Part shown: positions 12,547-23,211 of the stretch, one piece after another
How positions within the stretch are numbered: the stretch's first letter is position 1
How the letters are laid out: the number at the start of each line of letters is the position of its first letter
NCBI GenBank assembly: GCA_003427395.1
Contig: BFEA01000024.1
Span: 500,044-564,043, forward strand
Direction: 5' to 3'
From: Chara braunii
Taxonomy: Eukaryota > Plantae > Charophyceae
DNA length: 64,000 nucleotides
The notes under the pieces: generated by a model
What the model saw: only the letters and a program-made list of their open reading frames with translations
Told to the model about the DNA's origin: nothing
Database searches by the model: none
Translations under genes and position numbers: made by a program

Positions 12547-13592
12547 CTAAGAAAAACCTTCGTAAGCTATCCTAGTTCGACAGCGTGCGATATCGTCGAC
12601 TGCTTGGTCTTTGACAATATAATCAATCCCCTCCCGGTCACAAATTTTCTTCAAGTCAGGCGCCTTGAGATCGCTGAGTGCCCTGGCTTGAGTAAGGGCA
12701 TAGTCCACCACACCTTCACATGAGCATTCTGCTGAGCAAACCTTCGCAGGAGTCTCCAGTGCATCTGGACCGTCGCCTCCGGCTGCTGGTCTGACCTTTC
12801 TTGGAGTCCTAGAAATCCGACTTCCTGTCGCCCGGAGAACAACTGCATTCTTTTTTCCTTTCCTCCTATTTTCAAGCGCCTCGATTAGCTTCTCAGCTTC
12901 CTCCTTCACTTCATCTCTATCATCGTCAGATTCAACAATATAACTCCGAATGTCTCTCAACACTCGGGCTTCTTAATCTCGAAGGTCGATTGTAGAACTG
13001 GAGATGGAAGAGGCGAGAGGTGAGAGGGAGGAGGATGCGGAGGAGGAATGTGTGGAGCTATCAACGCCGTCTCTGTCCTTTGTGTCAGGATCCGTACGAT
13101 AGTCGCCTCTAGTCGAGCTTCCCGTGCTTCAGCATCACGTAACTTCTCACTTTCCCTCCTCTGCTCTTCTTTCCTCTTCTTTGATTCTTTCCTCTTCTTT
13201 GATTCCTCAACCTCACAAAGTTTCTTCTCTTCCTCTTCTTTCTCTCGCTTAGCGATGTGTCGAAGGAGATCTTTCATCTCAGGATCTTCATCAGTTCATT
13301 GCCGATTTGCCGTCTGCCAATAATTCCTCGAGTAGTGACCGGTCTTACCACAAATGAAGCAGGTGACCATCCCAAAAGATGCGGTCGGTACCCCACCTAA
13401 AGCAGTTACACCAGGTCCTCCAATGCCGCCGATCGGAGGCATACCACCACCCATATTCGTTGTGCCAAACCCTACACCACCTACGTTTGAAGCTCCGACC
13501 CCCATACTCCCAACACCCACTATATTCATCTTCGACTTCAAAGGGAGCGGTGCAAAACTCGAATCGCCTGGCGGATTACTGTGTAGATTCAA
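12547..13592 (-). pseudogene. PLE-1 ORF1: Gly-rich segment, Gag-like Zn knuckle, coiled coil, SAP/HeH-like C-terminus
   Basis: CFICGKTGHYSRNY (CX2CX4HX4C with the last C degenerate), E/K/R-rich helix, and LSDLKAPDLKKICDREGIDY. Split over three ORFs. Confidence 0.75.
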
Positions 13593-14110
13593 TCGAAATC
13601 TCGAAAAACGATGTTCATAACTGGCACGACATTCTTTTTATACAAGATTGAAGCCAGCCTAGTATACCTGGCCATTGGTGCTAAGATAACCCAATAAAGA
13701 GTCATGAGCAACCGCTCACTTCTCTTGATATAATCCATGATGTTCGCCCTTGCCCTCCTCGTACACCTGTCAGGAACTGTCAGCGTAAGATTATACTCTC
13801 GACCATTTGCTGCAGAACATGACGAAACATTCTTAGCCCCCACAAATCGTGGGAAGTACATCTGCATAACCTCAACGTCTGCGACCCACCCATCTTGCAT
13901 TTACCATTGTCGATGCCCACTCCTCGTACTCAACCCACCCTACTATCCCCACCAAATTACGTGACCACTTTATCGGCTCAAGCCGCTGGTTGTCACGTCT
14001 ACCCAAAATTCAGGGTAAAAGAACAACTCGCAAAACACTGCTCACACGGAGGACCAAAGCAAGTACAATTATACTTAACCCTCGTCGAACACCGCAATTT
14101 GTACGCAATC

Positions 14111-14155
14111 CCTCGACGCGTTTCGACCAGCACGTACACAGGTCTCATCAGGAGG
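14111..14155 (-). ncRNA. Minimal type I hammerhead ribozyme (PLE-1)
   Basis: Minus strand: CCUC CUGAUGA GACC-UGUGUACGUGCU-GGUC GAAA C GC GUC^GAGG. All core nucleotides are intact, and stem III is the palindrome ACGCGU. Confidence 0.92.
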
Positions 14156-14954
14156 CCCAACCATCCACCATCCAGATCAGAGGGAGCACTCCCTCCATGC
14201 GTTGTAGCACTAGATTGCCCAAAAAATTTATCCCTTCCCACACTTCCCTCCGTCCATTGTACCTTCCACACATCCCGCCCAGCACGATCCGTCATATCCA
14301 CGACAAACACTGCAGATCATTCCTCTCATAGCATATGGTTCCACAACCGCCATTGTCAGACAACAAAAGATCGCGCCTCAAAGAATCATCGGTGCTCGCG
14401 TGATACACCACGGTTGAAAAGGGCTTACAGTGATGGCGCAGGCCGATATATGCACGCTTGTTGCCGTGCTCTAGAATCCGCATATTTTTGAGTATTTTTC
14501 AAGGTGCCTAAAACATTCTTCCCGCCTAACAGAGCACTGACCCTGATCAGAGGGCCCAAAAAACATATACGATAAGTTCGGGTCCCTGTCCCGGAATAGT
14601 GCCCAAATACAAAAACGGTCCGCTAGCAGACCCGGCCAAACTGCAAACGGTCACACAGCTTATAGCTACAAATCAACAACACCTACCAAAAATTGTGGCA
14701 AAAAGGGTAATAAAATAAGAAAAGGTAAAAAATGGTAATAGCCTGAAACCGAGGTACAATGCATATCAACTCTCGGTACTGGAAAAGGGGAAGGGGAGGA
14801 GGGGGTAGTTCGGGTCCGTGAACAAGAGGGGTCAAGGAGGGGGCCGAGATCACGAGACTGAGATCCTTCTCTTATCATAATGGTGGGTGTACGTTTCAGG
14901 GATCAAAGACCCCCCAAAACCACCCATCACCTTGGCAAACCTTGCCAAGGATCC

Positions 14955-14985
14955 GAAGAAGAAGAAGAAGAAGAAGAAGAAGAAG
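14955..14985. repeat. (GAA)n microsatellite at the PLE-1 5' junction
   Basis: Direct reading of the sequence. Confidence 0.9.
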
Positions 14986-15057
14986 GACGGTCGAAGTTGG
15001 AGGAGGAAAAGGAACCTACCAGCGGAAGCCATATCTTCCTCTTCTCTTCTTCTCCTC

Positions 15058-15167
15058 AAATCTGAATGTCGCAAAATCCGAATGTCCCAAAATTCGAATG
15101 CCGCAAAATCCGAATGCCGCAAAATCCGAATGCCGCAAAATATCATGTCGTAATATCCCAATGTCGC

Positions 15168-15170
<3 letters not shown>
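15058..15170. repeat. ~16-bp tandem repeat (aatccgaatgYcgcaa) followed by (TC)n
   Basis: About 5-6 degenerate units are visible. Confidence 0.75.
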
Positions 15171-15221
<51 letters not shown>

Positions 15222-15222
15222 N

Positions 15223-15291
<69 letters not shown>

Positions 15292-15398
15292 GTCTGCTCG
15301 CTGAGGTTGCTCAAGCTCAAGCGCCTCAACATGAAACCTCCCCGCTCGTGCACAGTATAAATGGCGAAGAGGGAGTAACGGACCTAGGACGCGCGAGT

Positions 15399-15435
<37 letters not shown>

Positions 15436-15503
15436 TGAGAAAGAGAGAGAGACCACCTCTTGCACATGCATCGAGGCACCATCTTTGCGCATGTTAGTAT
15501 CTG

Positions 15504-15576
<73 letters not shown>

Positions 15577-16944
15577 GAGAGAGAAAGATGGAAAAAAACG
15601 AAAAAAGAGGATGAAGCCACAAGCAAGCTTCCTCCTTTTTTTTCCATTTTTTTCCCTTTTTTTTTCCCTTTTTTTTCCTTTTTTTTTTTTTTCAAAACAT
15701 GCGCGCCATAGCTACATGGTGCACCCTTGTCTCGGCTCGTGCCACTAGCGATGGCAGAGTCTTGACCACACTCTCCCTCTGCCATACACCCACGCGCACA
15801 CACACACAGACTCTTGCCCGCACACTCTCTGTCACACCCACGCACGTGCACACTCACACAATCTCTTGCTCGCTCTCTCTCTCTCTCTGACACACATGCA
15901 CACACAGACAGACATCCAAACGTCGTCCCATTTGTGTGTTTGTGTGTGTGTGTGTGTGTGTCTCTGTGTGAGAGAGAGAGAGCGAGAGAGAGAGCGAGCA
16001 AGAGTCTGTGGTGTGGCGATGAGAGAGAAAGAGCGACAGATAGACACCCAAATGAGAATGAACTTCCCGCTAGAACATGGCCAGATGCGTCCGACAGTGG
16101 TGTGGCGATGCCCACTGACCGTCCGCACGGCGGACCGAGCGCCAAACACTGGTGTGCCCGCATCTGACCGTGTTCTAGCGGAAAGTTCGTTTCGATCCAA
16201 AACGATTGCAAAATTAAATTGTCTTTTTTGTCTTTTGTTTTTTCTTTTCTTTTTTTGTTCATTTTTTTTCGGACCGACGCAAAAAGAAAGACAGCAAAAA
16301 AAAAAAAAAAAAAATCAAATTCACAGAAGAAAAAAACAGAAAGTCTTTTTTTTGTTTCGAAAACAAAACGAAAACAAAAGGCAAAAAAAAAAGCAAACAA
16401 AACAACATGCCAGAATGAAAAAATAAATAAAAATAAATAAATAAATAATCAAATAATCAAATAAGTAAAAAACAACAATACGAAACAAAACGACAAATTC
16501 TTTTTCTTTTTTAGAATACGAAACACAAAAACAAAAAATAAAAAAAGGGGGCCGGACATAAATCGACACGGAAATGCTATCCGACGGCGGGCACGTCGAG
16601 ATATTCATCCGCATCGACGCCCGCCGTGTACCCGGCCCCGTTGGCGAGGTCTCTCGTTTAGTGGCGCGCTGTGAACAATTCGGTACGCACGCCACTCTTC
16701 ATCCCCACCCGCCCTCGATCCCCTTCATCCGCCGGCCTGCATCAAAACTTCAACCTGATTCCGGCGCGCAGTGGAACACCGGCCTCCCCCCGCGGCCAAT
16801 GATGATTAAGGGTTAGGACAAAAAAAAANAAAAAAAAAAAAAAAAGTTTGGGCTCGGTTTATTTTGGGCCACGTTCAAGCTCGGTACTGAGCGTTCGGGT
16901 TCGGTCACGGAGCCCGAACGCGATGCTACGGAGGTTTGCTGGTA

Positions 16945-17125
16945 TATATCATCAAACAGAGCTGCTTTGTAAACCGTAGGTAGAGAGAGAGAGAGGAGGA
17001 CAACAGACAAGGGGTTGTGACAAACTGTTTCGTCGAAGTTTCAATGATTCATCAGGAAGCTGCACCCTCAATAGTCTACAAAATCCCCTAACTGATCAGT
17101 GATTATAATGTAAGTGATAATCCTA
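16945..17125 (-). ncRNA. Longest copy of the type III hammerhead repeat (HHR at 17021-17078, stem II mutated)
   Basis: Minus strand: tagactat t gagg gtgcag cttc CTGATGA atcat tgaaact tcgac GAAA cagtttg, followed by the family 3' end ending ...tttgatgatatata. Confidence 0.8.
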
Positions 17126-17850
17126 CCCCTTCAGCAGCATTGGTCGTGGGGCGTAAGATCGTGGTACAATGCACGACGAAATAGGGCGTGCAAATAGAAG
17201 GAGGCGGTGTCGGGGCAAAAACCCTGACAAGGGTATCTGCCCAATGGGACAGGACCTTTAAAGACCCAAATCTGTTGTCGTCAACACATCTCTTTGTCGT
17301 GCTGAATTTGGAGGGACACACGGTTAGTAAGGACATTCCTTTAAAGGGGATCTTGACTGATCTTACTTCATGTTCTCACATTCTGCCCCGCGTCTGGCTC
17401 GACAACCGTCTGCACCTCTCGAAATCTCCATTGTTGCAGTTAGTTTTCTTCGGCTGACTTATTGTGGTACATGTTCCTTGTCAGATTAGACAAGAGGGGA
17501 TCTCCAGCTAATCTGATCGGGCCCGTTCGTTAAGTTAGTCCTCTCTTCTGTTTGTTTCTATTTATTTATTTATCTTTATTCTGCTGTGTGAATGCCATTC
17601 TCTAAGTCCAAATGAATCGCCGCTCCGGCTAGGAGTTCTACCTTCTGCTCTTTGTGATTTATCTATTTTTCTTTTATTTGAACTACCTACGTCCAACATT
17701 GAGACGTGTGCACAGAAAGTGGAACGAGGGAGAAGGGAGAGTGGAGGTATTCTCTTTGAGAGTGTGAGGAGGGGTAAGAGGAGTGTTCGTCCAAACGTAA
17801 GCAAAGTGTGGACCCGTCTTGAGAGATTTATTGACACCCTATCCTCCAAC

Positions 17851-19314
17851 ATGACAGACATCACATCCGAGCAATGAAAGGCTATGTTGGACGCAGCGGC
17901 CGAAAGCGAGAAACCTTTCTTTCATAAACTTTACGGGGACACAATGCACAGAGAGAGGGAGGCAGAGGCAGCAGCCAAAGCCACAAGTATTGCTACACAA
18001 GTGACCCTCCTCGAGGTTCCGGAATCTAGTGATGACCGGTTCCGAGAGAAGCTAGCTGCAGCCGTAGCAGCCTTGGTTCAACTGCGAACTTTGGAAGATC
18101 TTGAGTCCCACGTGACAACTCTAGAGCAGCGGATCCAAGAGTTGCGGGTTGAGATAGTTAGCCTCAAACAGTCCCAACTGTCTGCCCCCCGTTTTCCTAA
18201 TCCTCGACCTGCTGCAGTCCCAGTCTCTCACCCTAACATAGTCCTCATGTCGAGAGCAAGTGGAACTGTGACAAGCACAGGAACCAGTGTCAGCTCCTCA
18301 AGCGGCAGCGTCGGCAGTTTTGCACTGGTCCTACTCCCAAATGCAAGAACATCAGCCCAAAATGCCGCACTTCTTACTGGCGTAGTGGACAACGGCCACA
18401 CTGCCGTCCAAGTACGATGGGAAGGGGGACATCACCTCTTGGATCAACTCCATGCACTCATACCATGGACACAAATACTGAGCCCGCCGTACGGAGTTTC
18501 ATAGAACTCCAAGCTATTACTGGGTTATGAGAGGATTGACCTGACTGAGCGGCTGAAAGTACATACCCTTGAGGACCTCCTCATCGCGCAGTATCAAGAT
18601 AAGCACGTTGCGCTCAAGGCAAGGCTAGAGCTTGAGGCCCTCAAGGGCCAAAAGTGGAGGACTTCCATGCAGGCTTTGGGACAACACTTGACTGGTATGT
18701 TCACCAATCCAAACCTGGGATGGACTGACGTGTCTTGCATGAATGTAGTAATGGGAGTGACCCCTGAAGACTATGTCTCCCAGCTAGGACTTAAGAACCA
18801 TACGACCTGGCGTGAACTACTGACGAATCTAGTCAATCTAGAAGCCAAGGACCTCGCCAGGCGTGCGAAGACACCCGTTGAGGGTAGAACCTCACGATGC
18901 AAGCGGTACGGAAGCAGCAACCAGCTTGCCCTGCATGAACATCGGGAGGCTGAGGATCAGTCCTATACGGATGATCTGTCTCTAGATGACAATCTAGAGA
19001 CGGACTCTAACGTGGGTTGTTCTACATCAACCCTTGAGTCTGACATAAATACCAAAGAGAAATACAACGCCTTTAAAAAGACTGCTTCAAGCAAGGGGCC
19101 TAACCGTGGTTCAGGTAGGGAAACTATAACACACCTCCCCAAGAATGCAAAGATCACTGAGAAGCTGAAGGATGCTTCCACTAAGCCTTGGGAAGCCCTC
19201 CGCATTAGTCAAAACGATTGGGAGAGAAGATCCAAACTGCGCGTGTGCTTGCATTGTCAAAAGCACGCTGTGCAGGAATGTTATCATATGCAGGGAAACA
19301 AGCAAAGGGCGTAG
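17851..19314 (+). pseudogene. Ty3/Gypsy-A gag (interrupted)
   Basis: ATG at 17851, coiled coil, and a degenerate Zn knuckle CLHCQKHAVQEC just before a GGGAAAC slippery site. Lies directly upstream of pol. Confidence 0.75.
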
Positions 19315-22300
19315 AAGAGTTATCAGCACTCTCTACAACAAGGGAAATTGATCAGTCAGCTGCAGGCCGCTCCAAGGAGCCTGAATCTAATCAACAGCCT
19401 ACTCTTGAAGCCGGAACTGACGCTAAAACCAAGGTTGCTGCAATCCAAGTCCTTTACACTGAACCTTGGGAGGAGACTAAGGAAGTCAACTTCCACTCTC
19501 ACCTGGAACAATGGCTGCAGCTCAAGCAGCAACGCCGTGTCCAAGGGAGTGTGGAACTGATCTTCTTTAAGTTGCTCATTAACCGCCGATACATCCGTGT
19601 GGTGATTGATAATGGCTCAACAACTAACATTTTTTCTCCTAACGGGATTCGTAAGGCGGGCCTGGGAATGAAGCAAGTGAAATTGCAGAACCGTTGTTAG
19701 ACCTAGGTAGGCAACCAAGAGGTTGTCACCTCAACACATGCTGTCAAAGGTGTGCGAATCACTTTTGACAAGGATCGCACTGTCACACATGAGCTGAACT
19801 TTTATGTCCTGGACAAGTGTCCTTTCGACGCGGTCATTGGCTTGGGCTAGTTAAAGGCTCATTGTCTAAGGAAAGATGGGCGGATACTCAGTTCGTGGTG
19901 CGTGATGCAAAGGGGAACGAGCGTACCGTTCTGTTGGACGAGACGCGTGAGTTCCCAGTGACTCTTTTGAGTGCAAACAAATTCTGCAAATCAGTGCGCA
20001 GGCGCAAGGAAGTTGAGCATGTGCATGTAGCTCTTGTAAAGCCTCTCCATGTGCCTTCTACTTTTGCTGAATTTTCTACCTCGAAAAATAATTCTACTTC
20101 TACTACCTCTACTTCTACTCCATCTACTTCTACTGTAAAGAACCAGTCTACTTCTGATCCAAGTACTTCGAATTTGGTTGTAATTGCTGTAAATTCTCAA
20201 TCCGATTTTCTCTCTTCTGATGAGGATGATCCTCCACGGGAAGTCCCAACAAACATTCGCCGTCTGTTAGATCAATTTCCTTAAGTTCTCGTTGAAGCTC
20301 GTGAAGTTCCCGAGCGTCCGGTCAAACACAAGATCGAGATAATGGAAGGGAGTGTTCCTCCAAAGGGTTGCGTCTACCGTATGGGACAAGGCGAGTTGGA
20401 GGAGTTGAGGAGACAACTTGACGATATGATTGATCGTGGATGGATTAGGCCTAGTCAGTCTGAGTTCGGTGCACGTGTCCTGTTTGTGTCGAAGAAAGGA
20501 GGCAAACTCCAGATGTGTATTGACTATCGTGGCCTAAACCGTATCACCCCAAAGAACGCTTATCCCTTGTCTCACATAGATGATCTGCTAGATGTTGCAG
20601 GTGAGTGCAAGGTCTTCTCCAATATCGACCTCAAGTCTGGCTACCACCAGATTGAAGTTGATCCTAGCGACCAGCACAAAACTGCATTCAAAACACGCGA
20701 TGGGCTATACGAATTCATCCTTATGCCCTTCGGTATTACGAATGCACCAACCACATTTCAACATCTCATGGACAAGGTTCTTCGCCATCAACTCAACAGG
20801 TTTGGGGTTGTTTACCTTGACGACATCCTGATTTTCAGCAAGTCCATGGAAGAGCACGTCAAACACCTTGAGGAGGTTTTGCAAGTCCTTAAGGAGGCAC
20901 AACTGGGACATCGTCATCTATCTTGGGCACCGGTTGTCTGCAAACGGCCTTGAGCCGGAGGCAACCAGGAGGTCATACGAAAGTGGCCTCAAGCGGCAAA
21001 CGTACGTGAGTTGCGTTCTTTCTTTTGTTTGGCTTCGTATTACCGGAAGTTTGTGCCCAAAGTTTCTGTCATTGCTCACCCTCTCTCGAGACTAACAAGC
21101 AAAAATGTTGCCTATGCGTAGTGTGAGAAGTGCGAGACTGCGTTCCAAGCCTTGAAAGAGGCTTTGGTAAGTCATCCTATGCTTCGCATTGCGGATCCCA
21201 ACCTCATGTTTGTGGTCACTACGGACGCGAGCCAGTATGGGATTGGTGCAATGCTGCAACAAGATGATGGTGAGGGTCTGTGTCCGCTCGAATATTACAG
21301 CAAACGCATACCCAACCACAAGGTAGCTACCTCCACATATATAAGTGAGCTCTATGCCTTGCGAGAAGCGCTCACACATTGGAAGCACTACCTCTTGGGT
21401 CGTCACTTCAAGGTCTACTCAGATCATCAGACCTTGCAGTGGATTAAAACGCAAAATGATCCCTCTCCGACCCTGACCCGCTGGCTGCATGACATTGATA
21501 ATTACAATTTTGAACTGAAGCATAAAAAAGGTTGTTATAATCGTGTTGCTGATTCTTTGTCGCGTCATCCTAAGTTTTTGACTTGCCTTGTGAGCTCGTT
21601 TGACCTCCAAAGGAAACTGAACGAGGGTCTGGTGGAACACACTGCCAAGGATCCGGACCTTAGTCCCATCCTTTAGCAGCTCAAGGCTATCCCTAGCAGT
21701 CAGCCTGACTTTCATGAATGTGAGGGTCTTTTATTCTGCTGGTATGGGAAGTTTGATCGTTTGTGTGTACCCAACCATGCGCCTCTCCGGACTCATTTAT
21801 TGGATTTGGCACATGGTTGGAGTGGACACTTCGGCTTTGAGAAGACTTATGGAAGTCTTTTGTAGCAGTTTGATTGGTCGGAAATGAAGGGATCTGCTCA
21901 GAAATTTATTGTTGAATGTCAAGTCTGTCAAAGAACCAAGGTCCATAGGCATGAGCCTTATGGTCTGTTGAAACCCCTTCCCATTCCTGATGGACCCGGT
22001 GAGTCGGTCTCTATCGATTTCACGGACATGGGGAAGGTGAGCGAGGAAGGACATTCACAAGTCATGGTCATCGTGGATCGTTTTTCCAAATTTTTGAATT
22101 TGATTCCTCTACCTCCTCATGCACAAAAAGAGCTTGTGATCGAAGATTTTCACCAGCAGTACATTCTGCATTATGGACCCCCGAAAACTCTTGGGAGTGA
22201 TCAGGAGACCAGGTTCATTAGTGTTGATTGGAAGGACTTCACTTCGTAAATCTACGACATTAAACTCAACAAGACTTTTGGTCGACACCCCGAAGCCAAT

Positions 22301-23110
22301 GGATTGGCTAAGGAAGGCAACCAAACTGTCATCCAATTACTTTGCACGTTAATAGTTTCAAATCAGAACACGTGGGACAAGAAGCTACACAAAGTGAAGG
22401 GGTTGTACAACAACTTCATTCACTCTGCAACTGGCGTGACACCAAATCAGTTGCAATATGGTTGGCAGCTGCGCAATCCTCTCCCCTATCTGTTACCCGA
22501 ACGGTCCCCTCGTCTGACACCTGACATGCATCGCTAAAATGCCAAGTATGCACGCTTGCTCAAAGCTGCTATCGCAGCAATGAACAAGCATCACCATGCC
22601 ATGATCAAACATGCTAACAAGTCACGCAAAGAAGGGAACTTCGAAGTAGGAAGTTTTGTCTAGGTCAAAATGTCTGAGTTTTCTGACGAAGAGAACTTAT
22701 CACGAAAGCTTCTTGCACTCTACTACGGCCCTTGGCAGGTTCTAAAGGTGGTCGGGGATGATATTTGTCCTTCGTATGTGATTGACGTGCCTCCTCATCT
22801 GCGCACATATCCGGTCTTTCACGCGTCCTAATTGTTTTCACACATCGATGATGAGACTTTTCCCTTCCGAGATCCTATGATACCTCGTCCTATCGACGAC
22901 GGCCATGAGATAGACAAAATTGTTTCCCATGAAGGAAGAGGGAGGAACAGACAGTGCAAGGTTTACTTCCTCTTTCACCTTTTGAACTAGTTCTTCTGGA
23001 TCGACCAAAAAGAGCTGCCAAAGAATGCTCCCTGTGTTGTTAACGCTTATGAACGACAGATCGTTGATGGACAAACTGATAAGTTTTCTACAAAACTCAC
23101 TCCTCACGGT
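19293..23110 (+). pseudogene. Ty3/Gypsy-A pol (PR-RT-RNaseH-IN-chromodomain), decayed chromovirus
   Basis: VIDNGST protease; [27 protein letters not shown] and YLDD in RT; TTDASQYGIGA RNase H; CQVCQ and SIDF..VIVDRFSK integrase; HEIDKIVSH..FWI chromodomain near 22900-23050. Confidence 0.93.
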
Positions 23111-23211
23111 CTTACTAAATCTCTCTTTTTGATCTACGCCCACGACACATTTTGTGCCGACTCTGAATGAGTTAATCGCTCGAAGGGACCTCACTCTTAA
23201 GAGGGGGGTAG

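Larger units (their letters stand above)
8287..14960 (-). mobile_element. Penelope-like retroelement PLE-1 (N-terminal GIY-YIG type), decayed
   Basis: ORF1 and ORF2 remnants listed below. A ~50-bp terminal sequence (aagaccccccaaaaccac..cttggcaaaccttgccaaggatccgaagaaga) occurs at both 8287-8336 and 14906-14960, consistent with a pseudo-LTR remnant. Hammerhead at 14111-14155. Confidence 0.88.

Noticed and set aside
14850-16440. Long ORFs with ERERE/SLSLS/THTH runs
   Set aside because: They are translations of microsatellites, not genes. The same applies to similar ORFs at 10329-11334, 24313-24696 and 46526-46840.
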